A stretch of DNA of 64,000 nt. Source: Candidatus Aenigmatarchaeota archaeon (GTDB lineage: Archaea; Aenigmatarchaeota; Aenigmatarchaeia; CG10238-14; SCSR01). The stretch lies in contig JACPJT010000004.1 of the NCBI GenBank assembly GCA_016187415.1, positions 169,392 to 233,391 on the forward strand, given 5' to 3'. Of the stretch, positions 1 through 10,084 are shown one piece after another; position 1 is the first letter of the stretch; every line of letters begins with the position of its first letter. Position numbers and translations under genes: made by a program. The notes under the pieces were generated by a model. It had not been told where the DNA came from and searched no databases. It saw only the letters and a program-made list of their open reading frames with translations.

Positions 1-1223
1 GTTGACACGTTTCCCTTGGACTGGGCCGCTATCGCAAACACCGAGAATCCAGGCGTAGCTGCCTCATAATAGAAGTTATCAGTGTCTTCTGCTGACTTTG
101 ATGTGACCAGCTTGTTCCAAGTACTGGAGGAATATCGATATAGAGAAACTGTGGAATCGTCCATGTTATTAGCGGTTATCCAGCTTTTCGGGACTTTGAA
201 TTTTATAGTCGCGCTGCTGACGCTTGTGTCATCCAAGTTCGTCTTGTCGAATTGTACATAATTGTAGACTGTTCCTGTAACATCCTGCGAGATTGACGAC
301 GGCTTGCTTGCAAGTTTTGAAACTGTGATCTGTGCGTTAACTACGGAATTTCTGGCACTGACAACCACCTGCGTGACCGCCATGTCCTCTGTCGTGTTTA
401 TGCTTGCCGTTGCCGAACTTCCAGACGATATGGTTGGGATGGTTATCACAGCCGAGCCTTTAGTTGTCGCGACCTGTACGCCCGACGTGCTTGTGCTCGT
501 GCTTGTCGACGTGGATGTGGTTGTTGATGATGAAGATGAAGAAGTGCAATTGCTACATGTGACTGTTGTTGAGAATGCATTTGAATTATCACCAACTTGG
601 AAGCTTATCGTAGCCGATGATGCAGTGCCTCCGATAGTCACGGTCCATGAAAGTGATGTCGATGAGCCTGCGGCTATGGTTGTCGCTGAACTGGAAGTTG
701 GACTGCCGCTGCATGTGAACCCGCTCGGGCATGTCAAGGCATAAGAAGTTGTCACCGCACTTGAACTGGGATTCGATATGGTCATGGATTCTGTGAATGT
801 AGCCTGAGAATTCCCGCTTGTCGATGATGGCGATCCGGACACAGTCAATGTCGAGGCGTCAACATAGTTTATTGTCTGTGTTGTGGACGGCGTCCCTCCT
901 GAAGTCACGTAATATGAATATGTGTTGGCAGAACCCGCGCTTATCGTGAATGTCTTGCTTACCGGCGATGTTGATAATGAGACGCTCTGGTATTGTCCAC
1001 CGGACGGATCGGAGACTGTTATTCCTGCCGGCGATGTAATGATGGAAGCGCTCTGTGTTTCTGTTGTGCTGTCTGTTATGCTTGCCGTGATGGTCACGCT
1101 TGTCCCTGTCGTCGCTGTAGTCGCGGAAGCAGATGTCGTCACAGAACTGACTGACGCGCTTGCGGAAACTATAGAAAACAAGAGTGACACTATCAGCGAA
1201 ACCATGATGATTTTATTTTTCAT
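1..1223 (-). CDS. PGF-pre-PGF domain surface protein, 3' end truncated by the window edge
   Basis: Hand translation from ATG at 1223 (not in the ORF track): signal peptide MKNKIIMVSLIVSLLFSIVSASA, Ser/Thr-rich body, then FKVPKSWI...WNKLVTSKSAEDTDNFYYEAATPGFSVFAI typical of PGF-pre-PGF; starts 2 nt after the upstream stop. Confidence 0.85.
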   Translation of the reverse strand, partial: MKNKIIMVSLIVSLLFSIVSASASVSSVTTSASATTATTGTSVTITASITDSTTETQSASIITSPAGITVSDPSGGQYQSVSLSTSPVSKTFTISAGSANTYSYYVTSGGTPSTTQTINYVDASTLTVSGSPSSTSGNSQATFTESMTISNPSSSAVTTSYALTCPSGFTCSGSPTSSSATTIAAGSSTSLSWTVTIGGTASSATISFQVGDNSNAFSTTVTCSNCTSSSSSSTTTSTSTSTSTSTSGVQVATTKGSAVITIPTISSGSSATASINTTEDMAVTQVVVSARNSVVNAQITVSKLASKPSSISQDVTGTVYNYVQFDKTNLDDTSVSSATIKFKVPKSWITANNMDDSTVSLYRYSSSTWNKLVTSKSAEDTDNFYYEAATPGFSVFAIAAQSKGNVS

Positions 1224-1225
1224 TT

Positions 1226-4200
1226 TTATCCTGTCCTAAAGATATTCGCAGCGTATATCTGCTGGCTGTCTGCCCCGTTTGTCAAATATGCATTGGCGAA
1301 TACCGGCGGTGCGAATCCTGAAGCGGAAGGCCAGCTGGTCAATTGTCCCGGACCGATGTTGAATAGTCCGCATCCACCTGGACCGACTTTGACATCTGTA
1401 CCAGTCGCGTTTGTATTGTTCATCAATTCATATACCGTAAGCGTCTTGACTGTGCCGCCTTGGGACCAGTCTTGGCTTGTAACATTATTGACAACCATTG
1501 ATGTTAACGGTGTTGGCGGATTTCCAGCGAATGTCTGGCCGCATACTGATATTGTAACATTCTGCGTCGCATTCCTGACATTTATTACGCCGCTCTGGAA
1601 GTTGTCGCTTTTGTAAATAAGGATGGTCTGATTATTAGCGCTGGTGCTGCCGGTGGTGGTGTTAGGAGTTATCCAAGCCACTAGATAATTAGTTCCAGAT
1701 AAACTGTATGTTTGGTTGGTGAATTGCGCCGATCCCGGTGCTCCAGGAGTACTTGTTGTAGGAGAATTGAAATTCATCGCGAACTTTGTGTCGGTTGTAT
1801 TGTATTCAACATACAAGGTACCGTCAGCTGTTGTTGCGGTACCATTAAACGCCGCAGTTGAAGACGCCATTGCACCTGTACCACTGGCGTTATTGTAAAG
1901 TGTGACTCTGTATATGCCATTTCCATTGACTACATTCGTATAGGCGTTGAATGCCCTAGCCTCGAAAAATGTTGCGCTGCTAAAGTCAGCCGCGTCTTGC
2001 GTGCCGCTTATCGTTGTGTTCCAAAACGCCACGAAATTGCCTGACGTAGTGACATTAAGAGTTATGAAAGCTACTCCATTGGCATCTGTTGTTGAACTAT
2101 TTGCTATATAACCTGTTCCTGGAGTTAATTTACCTGTAAATCCGAATCCTCCGTTCTTGCCGGAATTCTGCTGGCCAACTCCTTTAATGCTAATCGGCGC
2201 GCCAGATTGGAATGTTGGATTACTGGCGCTTCCCAATGCTATCACATAAGGTATTGTAAAGTTCGTGTTTTTCTGGTGCGATCCACCGTAGCTTTGTACA
2301 AATGACCCTTGTGGCGCCAACGAATTCTTTGTGGTGTTCACGACAGTGAAGTAGCCGCAGTTCTGTATTTCCCATAAGTATACGCCACCTGTTCCGCCAG
2401 CAGCTGTGATATTTCTTTGGGACGAGTTCAATATTACTATGGTGCCTGCCGGAGATGAACTGCTTGTCTCATTAAGTACAACTGTATCATAAGTCCCTGC
2501 TGTGTTTCTGTCGATTACCATTACTTTTGTGAGTCTGTCTGTTACATTGATAGGTATTTTCGTAGGCTGCCCCATTCCATATCGTGTCGAGTTGAACTCG
2601 TTCTTCACGCATACATTCCCGCCTACAGAATTGACACTGTAATTCACAGCGAGGAAAGTGATGTTCCAGCTTCCAAATGCCGTGCTGCTTACATTTCCTC
2701 TAGGATCATTTGTTCCATTGTACTGTATGCCGTATCCATCAAATGGCGAACCATTTGACTGGTCACCAACGCCTTCCTGAGAAGGAATGACTATATTGTA
2801 CTTGGCGACACTCAACCCAAGAGGCACGGTCACTTGACCGAAACCGGATGTGCCGTTCGTCGACGCGTTCACAGTTATTGTCAGCATAGCAAATCCTTTC
2901 TTGACGGTAGTTGGTATGACATAACTTATATTCCATCTTTCGAATGGACCGCCTTGACCAAAACTGAAACTAGATGAGTTGGCTGTGTAATTCCATCCGT
3001 CGCTCAGCAAAGTTGCATTAACGCCAGTTAATTGTGTCAGATCGCCTTCCCATGGTCTGCCTACGGATATGTTGACTAGTGTGTTGTTTGCTCCCGAATA
3101 ATACGTGCTGTTCCACTCGCCACCGACACCGGTATTGTAAGTTCCATTGGCCTGTATATCTATAATTGTACTCGTAACCGAACCTACGGAAACCGAACCG
3201 AAACCGAAGCTTTCTGGGAATGCATTAAATGGCACCACCATAAACCCGCCGTGTCCTGTATCGCTGAGCAGGCTTGTGGTTCCTGTTACTCCAGCCGTCA
3301 ATGAAACTCTGACATCAAAGAATCCTGTCGGCCATTGCGTCAAGGCGACACCGCCTGCAGAAAAGTTCTGCGGGTATAACAGCAAAGTCGCGTTCATCGT
3401 GCTTGATGTGTTAGTGAAAGTCACCTGCAATGGTGTGTTGTTGACTAGAATCTTCATAGATCCTGTGGACGGGTTAAAGTTGAATATTTTTGTGACGCTC
3501 AAGACGCTTGATGTGTTTATCAACGAGCCTGTCATGTTTGTAGTGTTCGACAAAGTAAGGTTCAATCCCGAACTTGGCGATACAAAGAATCCCATGCTTG
3601 ATGTGCTGCCGATTGTTGTTATCTGCGGGAATCCTATGTTCAGATTCTTGCAGCTGAAGAATCCTGGCACGCCTGCTGAAACATTTTTATAAGTTGCATT
3701 CAAAATCATAAAGTAATCGCCAGAGAAGCTGTAACTAACAGGACTGAATGTGACATTGGCTGTCAGTGTTCCCGAACTGCTGCTTGCAGTTGAACCGGCT
3801 ATGCTTAGGAATGAACTTACATCCTTTCCGCTCTCTGCTTCCCTTGCCTGCAATACACCGACTATAGTGGCACCCTGCGCGGCAACATTCGTAGCTGCAT
3901 CCTGAACCATGCCGTTAAATGTCTGTGTACCCGAACACAGCATGCCACTTCCACCCTGCGGACCGCCTTCTTTTGATCCGGCACCCGCTCCTCCCGGACC
4001 CCCTCCCACAGAAATATCCTGTGTCGACATGCCGCCCATCAAATAATTAGCTACTATGAATGCATTGCCTGTCGTTGCCTGTCCACTGACAGTAGCTTGA
4101 AGTTTAATTAAAAGTGGTCCAAGCATGCTACTTGGTATTACCATATTTATTGTAGGGTCTGTTGATGTTGGGTTGTCTCCATTCACACTGGTTTGAGTCA

Positions 4201-5776
4201 CGTTTGTGGTTTCATTGGTGCCTCCTGTGAATTGCATCGGCAAAATAGAAGTAACTGTAAAGCTCGTTATATTCTGAGGTGTAATCGATGTGCCATCTGT
4301 GGTATTAACCGCCTTTAATGATATTGTCAAGTTGGAACCCGGCGCAACAACTTGCATGAAGTCGTCTTCACCGCCCAAGGATATGACTGGCGTAGCTTTT
4401 AAGAAAACACCCTGTATGGAGAAAAACCCTTCTATAACATGCGACTCTGATCCGAGAGTTACATTTACCCTTGCCCTATAAACACCGCTGGTTGACAGAT
4501 TGCTGGCTCCTGTACTATTGCCAAGTTTTATCGAACACAAACTCCCGGATGGTGTCGTTGTCAGGAGGAACGAATAAGCATAAACCGTGTTAAGCACTGA
4601 AGTGCCGTTGGCGAAAGAAAGATCTGAAAGTGTATAGTTGGAGGCTGGGCAAGTCGATTGAATCATTGTGCTTCCGTCTGTCAGGTTTATAGAAACTATG
4701 TCCATTATGAAAGTCGAATTTGGCTTGAAAGAACCCTGTCCTCCCCATTCAAAGAAAAAGTTTTTCTGCGGCTGCAGGCTTGCTGTAAATCTCTGGGTAT
4801 TAAAGATACCATTGCTTATTACAGTCGACCCGCTAATCGTGGCTGTTATTTTTATTTTATACGACCCAGATGCGGATGTGTCGGTAAATGTATTGTTATA
4901 TGATCCTACAGTAGTCGGATGCGCGGATAATGTGATGGATGACGATACTGTTCCATTCGGGTATGTGACAACCGCAGTTACAGTGGCTCCAGTCACAGGA
5001 GTTCCGCTGGTATCCCTCACCTTTGCGAGAATATTGACAGTAGAGCTCGGGGAGAAAAACGATGATACTTCATCCGACGTGCTTAATGATTGTACTGCCA
5101 CTACATAATTCGAGCCGACCCCGAAAGTAGAAACAAGGGCACCGTTATCTACTACAATGGCATAAGTCCCAGCCGATGCACCTGATGGCACTGTGATGTT
5201 GAACTGTATCAAACCGTTTGAATCGGTTGCATTTGTGTCGTTAACAATCGTCCATGTTGTCTGGTTTGCACCGTTAGCAGCATACACATTCACCTGAGGA
5301 AGCACACCTTGCAATGCAGTCGTTCCGTTCTTCAAAGTTATGTTTATCGTGAAAGTTGTCCCAGCCACAAATGGCGGGAATTTTCCTGTATATGCTACAC
5401 TGCTTGACGAAGCCGTTTCGTTTGCGACTTGAATTGTAAATGCCTTGTTGATAAGGGATGATGAATTGGTAAATATCGTCAAGTTATAAATGCCAACTGT
5501 TGACGGCGCTGTTACGCTTATATTGAACAAGCCAGAAGCGGGTGTTACATTATAATTCCAATTGCTGCTGGTGTTTGCGGTGACATTTATTCCAGATATT
5601 GTATCAGAAGTGGTTGTGTTGCCTATGCTTCCTGTGACGTTAATCACTGCGCCGGGTTGCACTACTGGATTTACAGAGACATTGAGATAAGTCGATGCGA
5701 ATGCGATGTTTACTAAGAAGAGTACCGAAAATACTGCAACTAACGGTAAAATTAAATTTCTCCCCACGTATGTCAA
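1226..5776 (-). CDS. Large secreted surface/S-layer-like glycoprotein (1516 aa, beta-rich Ig-like modules)
   Basis: N-terminal signal peptide, Thr/Ser/Asn/Gly-rich, very many N-x-S/T sequons, no C-terminal TM helix. Confidence 0.75.
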   Translation of the reverse strand: MTYVGRNLILPLVAVFSVLFLVNIAFASTYLNVSVNPVVQPGAVINVTGSIGNTTTSDTISGINVTANTSSNWNYNVTPASGLFNISVTAPSTVGIYNLTIFTNSSSLINKAFTIQVANETASSSSVAYTGKFPPFVAGTTFTINITLKNGTTALQGVLPQVNVYAANGANQTTWTIVNDTNATDSNGLIQFNITVPSGASAGTYAIVVDNGALVSTFGVGSNYVVAVQSLSTSDEVSSFFSPSSTVNILAKVRDTSGTPVTGATVTAVVTYPNGTVSSSITLSAHPTTVGSYNNTFTDTSASGSYKIKITATISGSTVISNGIFNTQRFTASLQPQKNFFFEWGGQGSFKPNSTFIMDIVSINLTDGSTMIQSTCPASNYTLSDLSFANGTSVLNTVYAYSFLLTTTPSGSLCSIKLGNSTGASNLSTSGVYRARVNVTLGSESHVIEGFFSIQGVFLKATPVISLGGEDDFMQVVAPGSNLTISLKAVNTTDGTSITPQNITSFTVTSILPMQFTGGTNETTNVTQTSVNGDNPTSTDPTINMVIPSSMLGPLLIKLQATVSGQATTGNAFIVANYLMGGMSTQDISVGGGPGGAGAGSKEGGPQGGSGMLCSGTQTFNGMVQDAATNVAAQGATIVGVLQAREAESGKDVSSFLSIAGSTASSSSGTLTANVTFSPVSYSFSGDYFMILNATYKNVSAGVPGFFSCKNLNIGFPQITTIGSTSSMGFFVSPSSGLNLTLSNTTNMTGSLINTSSVLSVTKIFNFNPSTGSMKILVNNTPLQVTFTNTSSTMNATLLLYPQNFSAGGVALTQWPTGFFDVRVSLTAGVTGTTSLLSDTGHGGFMVVPFNAFPESFGFGSVSVGSVTSTIIDIQANGTYNTGVGGEWNSTYYSGANNTLVNISVGRPWEGDLTQLTGVNATLLSDGWNYTANSSSFSFGQGGPFERWNISYVIPTTVKKGFAMLTITVNASTNGTSGFGQVTVPLGLSVAKYNIVIPSQEGVGDQSNGSPFDGYGIQYNGTNDPRGNVSSTAFGSWNITFLAVNYSVNSVGGNVCVKNEFNSTRYGMGQPTKIPINVTDRLTKVMVIDRNTAGTYDTVVLNETSSSSPAGTIVILNSSQRNITAAGGTGGVYLWEIQNCGYFTVVNTTKNSLAPQGSFVQSYGGSHQKNTNFTIPYVIALGSASNPTFQSGAPISIKGVGQQNSGKNGGFGFTGKLTPGTGYIANSSTTDANGVAFITLNVTTSGNFVAFWNTTISGTQDAADFSSATFFEARAFNAYTNVVNGNGIYRVTLYNNASGTGAMASSTAAFNGTATTADGTLYVEYNTTDTKFAMNFNSPTTSTPGAPGSAQFTNQTYSLSGTNYLVAWITPNTTTGSTSANNQTILIYKSDNFQSGVINVRNATQNVTISVCGQTFAGNPPTPLTSMVVNNVTSQDWSQGGTVKTLTVYELMNNTNATGTDVKVGPGGCGLFNIGPGQLTSWPSASGFAPPVFANAYLTNGADSQQIYAANIFRTG

Positions 5777-5875
5777 AAACTAATTGGTATTTTTACCAAA
5801 TAAAGCTATTTTCAACGTTGTTTTTATCACTATCGAATAAGAAATCCGTTTAAATCACGCCGCCAATAATTAATT

Positions 5876-6694
5876 ATGGTGCGTGTAACCAAATTTGACG
5901 GGACATTGCAGCCGTTTGACAGGAAAAAGGTGATCAACACGTGCCTGAAGCTGCATGGCAATCCCGAGCAGGCCAGCGACGTTGCGAACCATGTAGAAAA
6001 GGATATTTTTGACGGGATAAAAACGAAAGAAGTACTGCGGCTGATTTTCAAATACATGAAAGGACACAGGGACGAGATAAAATATCACATCGACTTGAGG
6101 ACAGCCATCAGCCTGCTGAGGCCCAAACCCGATTTCGAACATTTCATAGGTCTGATCCTGAAAGATATGGGATATGCAATCGAAATGAACAGGTTTGTAA
6201 GGGGGCAGTGCGTGGAACACGAGGTGGATGTCATCGCCAAAAATGGAAATGAAACTGCTTTTGTTGAAGTCAAGCACCATGTGAATCCGCACATTTATGT
6301 CGGCATGGAAACATTCCTTGAATATTGGGCGGCTTTTGAGGATGTTAAAAACACAAAGAATAACAATTATGACTTCACCTCTGTAACGATTGCATCCAAT
6401 GCAAAAGTGTCGGACTATTCAAAGAAATACGCCGCATGCAAAGGCATTAATTACATCGCGTGGAATTCGCCGGCAAACAGTATGGAAAAAATTGTGAACG
6501 AGAAAAAACTTTACCCGATTACATTCATCAAAAATCTTGACAGGAACCTGCAAGGAAGGCTAGGAGATGCCGGGATTGTCACATTGAAACAGGTTCTGGA
6601 AACCGACATGCAGAAATTGAAATCGATTACAGGCGTCTCGCAAGGAAAATTAGAAGACGTTAGAACCATCGCGTCCAGAATCTTAGGCGTCTGA
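5876..6694 (+). CDS. ATP-cone + Mrr-like PD-(D/E)xK restriction endonuclease domain + C-terminal HhH-like protein
   Basis: N-terminal VTKFDGTLQPFDRKKV (ATP cone); EHEVDVIAK...FVEVKHH nuclease motif. Confidence 0.8.
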   Translation: MVRVTKFDGTLQPFDRKKVINTCLKLHGNPEQASDVANHVEKDIFDGIKTKEVLRLIFKYMKGHRDEIKYHIDLRTAISLLRPKPDFEHFIGLILKDMGYAIEMNRFVRGQCVEHEVDVIAKNGNETAFVEVKHHVNPHIYVGMETFLEYWAAFEDVKNTKNNNYDFTSVTIASNAKVSDYSKKYAACKGINYIAWNSPANSMEKIVNEKKLYPITFIKNLDRNLQGRLGDAGIVTLKQVLETDMQKLKSITGVSQGKLEDVRTIASRILGV

Positions 6695-8221
6695 TTTCTT
6701 CTCGCCGCCCTTTTTCTCAGGTTCCCTTAAGAAGAGCGCCCAGAACAAGATTATCAACACCACTGCGGCCACTATGGCTATCCCCAAGTATGTCAAATTA
6801 TTGCTCAGCGCCAACCTGCCCGATCCTGCAGTTACTTGCTCCGTCACATTGATTTTAACGGATGCGGACGCATTCAACTTGTCGCTCGAATACGCATTCG
6901 ACAATGCCACAAAATGCACATCCGACGGCGCTGTGTAATTAAGCGCCGAAACAGACACTACGAACTTCTGGGAACTGCCTTTGTTCACATCAACCGTCGA
7001 CGGCTCTATGGAAATCCAGCTTTCCGGAAACCCTGTGAAATAAAGACTGATATTCTGTATGTCAACGTCTCCTGTATTTGTGACGGTGACGAGGAAATCC
7101 TTTGTCGTATTGAATGGGACCACTACCGCATCAGTCGCCTGCAATTCTATTGACGCTTTCTTCTCAGGCTCCTGAGATTTTACCGGCTTTGGCAATTCAG
7201 TTACGACATTCAGCAAAGAACCGTCGCTTAGTTTCTTTCCGCCGGCTGTGTAAGTCGCAATTACTGTCCACTTACCGGTTACTTCTGTCGTATATACATT
7301 ATCAGCAAACACTCCCTTGGCTTCTTTATCAATACTGAACGTGGAACTCTTTGTGACATCCTTCAAGTTATCGTAAATGTCGCTCGACCATGCTGTAAGT
7401 GTGATGGGTGTGTTTGGCAAAGCCGTATCGTTGCTCAACTTCAATTGTATATAACTGACATCGGACTGTTTGACATCCACCTTAATTATTTTTTCAACAC
7501 TGCTACCAGAGGCTTTGATTTCCTGGCTGCCTTCTGTCTTCAACTTTATTGTGAAAGTCTTTACCCCGTTGTCGGAAGCTTGGAACGTGTAATCAGATGG
7601 CAATATTGCCAATGGGTCGGATGAAGAGAATTTAACTGTTCCTGTATAATCCGGCTTTACGTTTCCATTTTGGTCCAATGCTGTTACAGTAAGCTGGAAT
7701 GGTGTTCCGGCGGTAGGTGTGTTCAATGTCGCTACACCGAAACTTGTCAGCACTGGGTTGAAATTTGTCACTGATATTTTACCAAAGCCCTCAACGCCTT
7801 TCAGATCGACTGCGGTAGTCTGAAATTCAAATTTTCCGCCCTCGCTCGGCGAGACCGCAACAAAATTGAAATTAAGTGAATTGCCAGCGGATATGCCTGA
7901 ACCGGCGGTTGACCATATGACTTTGAAAGGCGATGCGCCAACAGAACTCCTTGTCTCATAAGTCCAACCGGCAGGCGTGCCAATCTCCTTAAGCATGTAT
8001 GCCGGCAGGCTGTCCTGCTGTGGAAGCATCATCTCGATTTTGTTCACATTGTCTCCTGCGAGATTGCTGACGGAAAGTGAAAAATCAATAGGACGATTTG
8101 GTTGAGTTTGAGCAGGACTCATATTAACCTGAACCACTGCGGCGAATGAAGATGATACGACAACAATGAGCGAAATTAAAAACGCCGAAATTAAAAGAGA
8201 TTTCCTCGAATACGAATGCAT
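6683..8221 (-). CDS. Membrane-anchored surface protein with Ig-like/CARDB-like domains
   Basis: Signal peptide (likely start MHSYSRK at 8221), VTNTGDVDIQNISL CARDB-like motif, C-terminal TM helix followed by a charged tail. Confidence 0.75.
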   Translation of the reverse strand: MHSYSRKSLLISAFLISLIVVVSSSFAAVVQVNMSPAQTQPNRPIDFSLSVSNLAGDNVNKIEMMLPQQDSLPAYMLKEIGTPAGWTYETRSSVGASPFKVIWSTAGSGISAGNSLNFNFVAVSPSEGGKFEFQTTAVDLKGVEGFGKISVTNFNPVLTSFGVATLNTPTAGTPFQLTVTALDQNGNVKPDYTGTVKFSSSDPLAILPSDYTFQASDNGVKTFTIKLKTEGSQEIKASGSSVEKIIKVDVKQSDVSYIQLKLSNDTALPNTPITLTAWSSDIYDNLKDVTKSSTFSIDKEAKGVFADNVYTTEVTGKWTVIATYTAGGKKLSDGSLLNVVTELPKPVKSQEPEKKASIELQATDAVVVPFNTTKDFLVTVTNTGDVDIQNISLYFTGFPESWISIEPSTVDVNKGSSQKFVVSVSALNYTAPSDVHFVALSNAYSSDKLNASASVKINVTEQVTAGSGRLALSNNLTYLGIAIVAAVVLIILFWALFLREPEKKGGEKKSDA

Positions 8222-8302
8222 ACTTAAGAGTAAGTGATGAAAGAATTTAAGATTATAAATCAAAACCTTTTAAATACGCATGGGAAAAGGATAAAAAGGT
8301 TG

Positions 8303-9367
8303 CTAATTCGTAGAGTTTTTCGGTGTTGGTTGTCCGTTAACATCAAAATCGGCCAAGTTGTTGTCAGTATCCGCGGTAACTGACTTTCTTTGCAGACTAC
8401 TTCCCGAATCGGGCGGTATTGCAGGTGAATTTTCAAAAACATATGCAGGATTACCCCATCCGACAGCGTCAATCCTTCCGTTTTTAGCGTCTTCGCTCGT
8501 CTTGGTCCTTGGATCGAACGGGAAGACCGCAATCGAACCGTTGTTACTGATTTGCCCCAGAGAATACGGGCTTCCGCTAGATGTCAGCACGGTCCAATCC
8601 GAATTGCTCGTGTTGAAAATGTTTATCAAAAAGAACTTTCCGTGGCTCAGGATTGTTGCATTCGGAAACGCCCAGTTCCTGTATGTGTTGTTCCAGTCCC
8701 GGCTTGAAGAAAAATATGACAAATACCATCCTGTAACATTTACATCTGCGGCGGTTGGGTTGTACAATTCCACAAACTCGTTCGGCGCATTTTGCACCTC
8801 ATATACGATTACATGGGACAATGTTTGAGTTGTTTGATCCGATGTTGTATTCGTTGCGGTTGTTGTCTGGTTTGTTGTGACGCTCTGATTACTTGGAGAT
8901 TGTGTCTGGGACGATGTTGACGGTTGCGTCTGCTGCACAGTAGCAGGAATAATTATTGGACACTGACCGCAATCATCTACGCACGAAGAACAATTTTCAA
9001 CGGGTTCGCATATGCTATTTCCGCAACAGTCCTTAACTACTCTGCTCAAGCAATTGCCGGATGCACAAACATTCACAGCACATGTACTTGGACTACCCCA
9101 ACATTCCTTTGAGATGCCGTTTACAGGAGTATGCGAGCACAGGCTGTTGCTTGTCTCATTGCACCAATCGTCAGTGCAGGGATTTTTATCGTCGCATGTC
9201 GCTGGGCATTCCGTATCGCTTGAGGCATTGTTAGATGCATACTCATCAGAACTATTGGAGATACTGGATGAAACAAAATAGCCGGTAGGATTGAACTGCA
9301 CGAAAAGCGCAGAAATGCCTACAGTCAAAAGTATGGCTGCTGGTATGACCAAATAACTGATTTTCAT
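8303..9367 (-). CDS. Secreted/anchored protein with Cys-rich repeat region and lamin-tail domain
   Basis: CDDKNPCTDDWC and CCGNSICEPVENCSSCVDDC repeats, Thr/Ser/Gln linker, VIVYEV...EFVELYNPTAADVNVTGWYL (LTD). Confidence 0.75.
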   Translation of the reverse strand: MKISYLVIPAAILLTVGISALFVQFNPTGYFVSSSISNSSDEYASNNASSDTECPATCDDKNPCTDDWCNETSNSLCSHTPVNGISKECWGSPSTCAVNVCASGNCLSRVVKDCCGNSICEPVENCSSCVDDCGQCPIIIPATVQQTQPSTSSQTQSPSNQSVTTNQTTTATNTTSDQTTQTLSHVIVYEVQNAPNEFVELYNPTAADVNVTGWYLSYFSSSRDWNNTYRNWAFPNATILSHGKFFLINIFNTSNSDWTVLTSSGSPYSLGQISNNGSIAVFPFDPRTKTSEDAKNGRIDAVGWGNPAYVFENSPAIPPDSGSSLQRKSVTADTDNNLADFDVNGQPTPKNSTN

Positions 9368-9458
9368 TTAATATTTATTAGCATATTAAAGAATATCCTT
9401 TGTCCATTTCATCTTATGTCAATGGAATTCAATATAGTGTATCGGTCTGTGCCTAGGG

Positions 9459-10064
9459 GTGAGTATCTTGATTAAAGCAATTGTATTTGATTTTGGTGGC
9501 GTGGTCAGAAAACCCGGAATAATGAAACATATTTACACGGCTGTGGGAAAGAAATATGGTATTGACAGGCAAATCGTAAGAATGCAATTCCACAAGCTTG
9601 AACAGCCTGTTATTACAGGGAAAATTTCAATGAAACAATTCTGGCTGAGGCTTGGCGAGCTTCTCGGGGTTGAGTGGAAAGGACTTGAAAGGGTTTGGAT
9701 TAGAACTTATGCAAAAGGAGTGGGAATGAACAAAAGGGTTTTGCAGATTTTAGGACGCATCAAGAAGAAAGGCTACAATCTGTCCCTCCTCTCGAATGAG
9801 ATACCATCGCATGCAGAATTTAATGAGAGGCACGGCTATTATAAAAGTTTTCAGAATGTTTTTCTATCACACAGTGTTGGACTAAAAAAACCAGACAGAA
9901 GAATTTTCATTCATGTTCTTCACAAATTAAAAATCAAACCCGCGGATTGCTTGTTCATTGACGACCACGTAGAAAACATCGCAACAGCTGAAAAACTAGG
10001 CATCAGGTCCATACTGTTTGAAAATACTTCCAAGTTCGAAAAAGACATCAAGAATTATCTGTGA
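9459..10064 (+). CDS. HAD-superfamily phosphatase
   Basis: FDFGGV motif I, LSN motif II, KKPD motif III, FIDD motif IV. Confidence 0.9.
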   Translation: MSILIKAIVFDFGGVVRKPGIMKHIYTAVGKKYGIDRQIVRMQFHKLEQPVITGKISMKQFWLRLGELLGVEWKGLERVWIRTYAKGVGMNKRVLQILGRIKKKGYNLSLLSNEIPSHAEFNERHGYYKSFQNVFLSHSVGLKKPDRRIFIHVLHKLKIKPADCLFIDDHVENIATAEKLGIRSILFENTSKFEKDIKNYL

Positions 10065-10084
10065 TTCCATGGTTTCAAAACAAT

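Noticed and set aside
304-1239. Plus-strand ORFs 304-744 and 922-1239 and the many other antisense ORFs in the track (for example 11436-11780, 12418-13077, 36421-36906, 58944-59390)
   Set aside because: They are shadows of well-supported genes on the opposite strand or in another frame and have no motifs of their own.
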